From an uncultured Thermoleophilia bacterium (lineage in GTDB: Bacteria > Actinomycetota > Thermoleophilia > UBA2241), in the NCBI GenBank assembly GCA_963715985.1, contig CAVQSP010000011.1:224001-288000 (forward strand): a stretch of DNA of 64,000 nucleotides, written 5' to 3'. The position numbers were made by a program, and so were the translations under genes. Positions 62,196-64,000 of the stretch are shown here, in pieces. Every line of letters begins with the position of its first letter. The first letter of the stretch is position 1. The notes beneath the pieces are model-generated. The model saw only the letters and a list, made by a program, of their open reading frames with translations. It was not told where the DNA came from and searched no databases.

Positions 62196-64000
62196 GTGAG
62201 CACCGTGGAGGACGCCATCACCGCTCCGCTGCCCGGCCTGACGGACGAGGAGGCCGCGCGCCGCCGCGCCGCCGGCCAGGGCAACGACGTGGAGGTCCGC
62301 GCCGGCCGCAGCTACGGGCGCATCGTCCGCGACAACGTCTTCAACTTCATCAACAACCTCTTCTACTTCCTCGGCATCCTGCTGCTGATCCTGGGCAAGC
62401 CGCTGGACGCCTTCGCCGTGGTCTTCGTGATCGGCGCCAACACCGTCATCAGCCTCTTCCAGGAGATCCGCGCCAAGCGCGTGATGGACAAGATGGCGAT
62501 CCTCCTGCGTCCCAAGGCCGACGTGGTGCGCAACGGCCTCGTGGTGGAGCTCGACCCTTCGCTCGTCGTGCTGGGAGACGTGCTGCGCGTGCAGCCCGGC
62601 GACCAGGTGGTGGTGGACGGCCCCATGGTCGGCGAGGGCCGCATGGAGGTCGACGAGTCGCTGCTCACCGGCGAGTCGGACCTCGTCACCAAGCACCCTG
62701 GTGACGAGCTTATGTCGGGCAGCTTCTGCATGACGGGCGGCGGCTACTACGAGGCACAGCGCGTCGGTCTGGACAGCTTCGCCAACAAGCTCACCGCCAA
62801 GGCCACCGCCTACAAGCGCGAGCTCACTCCGCTGCAGAGGCAGGTCCTGCAGATCGTCCGCGTGCTGCTGATCGTCGTGATCGTGTTCGAGATCCTCGTC
62901 TGGGTGCGCAACGTGGCCGGCGGCGTTCCTTTCGTGGAGAGCGTGCGCATGTCCACCGTCATCCTGGCGCTGATCCCCAACGGGCTGGTGCTCTCGATCG
63001 CGCTCACCTACGCCCTGGGCGCCGTGAGGCTGCTGGGCAAGGACATGCTGGTGCAGCAGTTCAACGCCGTGGAGAGCCTGAGCAACGTGGACGTGCTGTG
63101 CACCGACAAGACGGGCACGCTGACGTCCGGCGTCATCGCCTTCGAGGAACTGCAGCCGCTGGGCGCCGAGGAGGCGCGCGTAGCGACCCTCCTCGGCGCC
63201 TTCGCGGCCAGCACCACGGACGCCAACCGGACCATCGAGGCACTGCGTACGGCCTACCCGGCGGAGCGCGTGCCGGCCGCGTACGAGGCCTTCTTCTCCT
63301 CCGAGCGCAAGTGGAGCGGCCTGGCCTTCGCCGACGGCGAGGCGCGCGGCACGTACGTGCTCGGTGCGCCCGAGATGCTGGCCCCGGCGCTGCGCGCCGG
63401 GGCCGACTGGCGCGGGCGCGCCGACGAGTGGGCCGCGCGCGGCCTGCGCGTCGTGATGTTCGCCGGGCGGGGCGAGGCGCTCGCCTTCAGCGAGCCGGAC
63501 GCCCCGCCCAACCTGCCGGCGGAGCTCGACGCGCTCGCCCTGATCTGCTTCAGCGACGAGCTTCGCCCGGGCGTGCGCCAGACGCTGCAGGAGTTCTCGG
63601 AGGCGGGCATCGACGTCAAGATCATCTCCGGCGACAACGCCCGCACGGTCACGGCGCTGGCTACTCAGGCGGGCCTGCAGACGCTGGCCCGCCCCGAGGG
63701 CGTGGACGCCTACTGCGACCTGTTGCACGCGCGCTGGGCGGCCGAGGAGGCGGCCGGCGACACGGCCGGTCCGGCGGCAACGGCCGCCGCCGCGGACTCG
63801 GCGGCGCAGCCGGGTGTAGCCCGCGAGCTCGTCTCCGTCTCGGGACAGGAGCTCGAGGCACTGGCGCCCGAGCAGTTCGCGGCCACGGCCGACGAGGCCA
63901 GCGTGTTCGGCCGCGTCACGCCCGAGCAGAAGCAGGACCTCGTTGAAGCCCTGCGCGGCCGCGGGCGCTACGTGGCCATGATCGGCGACGGCGTCAACGA
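62196..64000 (+). CDS. P-type ATPase, CtpE-like (runs off the window end)
   Basis: DESLLTGES, IPNGL, DKTGTLT, ISGDN, MIGDGVND; frame stays open to the window end, so it is absent from the ORF track. Confidence 0.9.
   Translation, partial: MSTVEDAITAPLPGLTDEEAARRRAAGQGNDVEVRAGRSYGRIVRDNVFNFINNLFYFLGILLLILGKPLDAFAVVFVIGANTVISLFQEIRAKRVMDKMAILLRPKADVVRNGLVVELDPSLVVLGDVLRVQPGDQVVVDGPMVGEGRMEVDESLLTGESDLVTKHPGDELMSGSFCMTGGGYYEAQRVGLDSFANKLTAKATAYKRELTPLQRQVLQIVRVLLIVVIVFEILVWVRNVAGGVPFVESVRMSTVILALIPNGLVLSIALTYALGAVRLLGKDMLVQQFNAVESLSNVDVLCTDKTGTLTSGVIAFEELQPLGAEEARVATLLGAFAASTTDANRTIEALRTAYPAERVPAAYEAFFSSERKWSGLAFADGEARGTYVLGAPEMLAPALRAGADWRGRADEWAARGLRVVMFAGRGEALAFSEPDAPPNLPAELDALALICFSDELRPGVRQTLQEFSEAGIDVKIISGDNARTVTALATQAGLQTLARPEGVDAYCDLLHARWAAEEAAGDTAGPAATAAAADSAAQPGVARELVSVSGQELEALAPEQFAATADEASVFGRVTPEQKQDLVEALRGRGRYVAMIGDGVN

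Overview
High-GC bacterial chromosomal window. The gene content and the long-type SRP RNA fit a deep-branching Actinomycetota such as Thermoleophilia, but this is inference. In order it holds: a secreted beta-propeller protein; a cysH-cysD-cysN(C) sulfate-activation operon; ada; a radical-SAM pair; cspA; tRNA-Val(CAC); acs with an ACD-GNAT (Pat-type) protein and a PASTA pseudokinase; ffs-dnaX-ybaB-recR; an unusual porCDA + HydC/HydB-like + HydA/GltD-PorB fusion operon; a degenerate paaK with a livKHMGF-type transporter; FNR, MFS and SDR genes; a ~14 kb metal/redox island (cupredoxins, DUF4418, DUF2318-ABC, a UGA-interrupted thioredoxin-like/methyltransferase fusion, TlpA, multicopper oxidase, Met-rich protein, two-component system); and a partial P-type ATPase. 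The two best leads are a putative electron-bifurcating 2-oxoacid oxidoreductase supercomplex, possibly with an inter-subunit split ferredoxin, and a hidden selenoprotein-methyltransferase fusion. About ten single-base frameshifts look like long-read assembly errors rather than real pseudogenes. No CRISPR array, transposase or integrase was seen.
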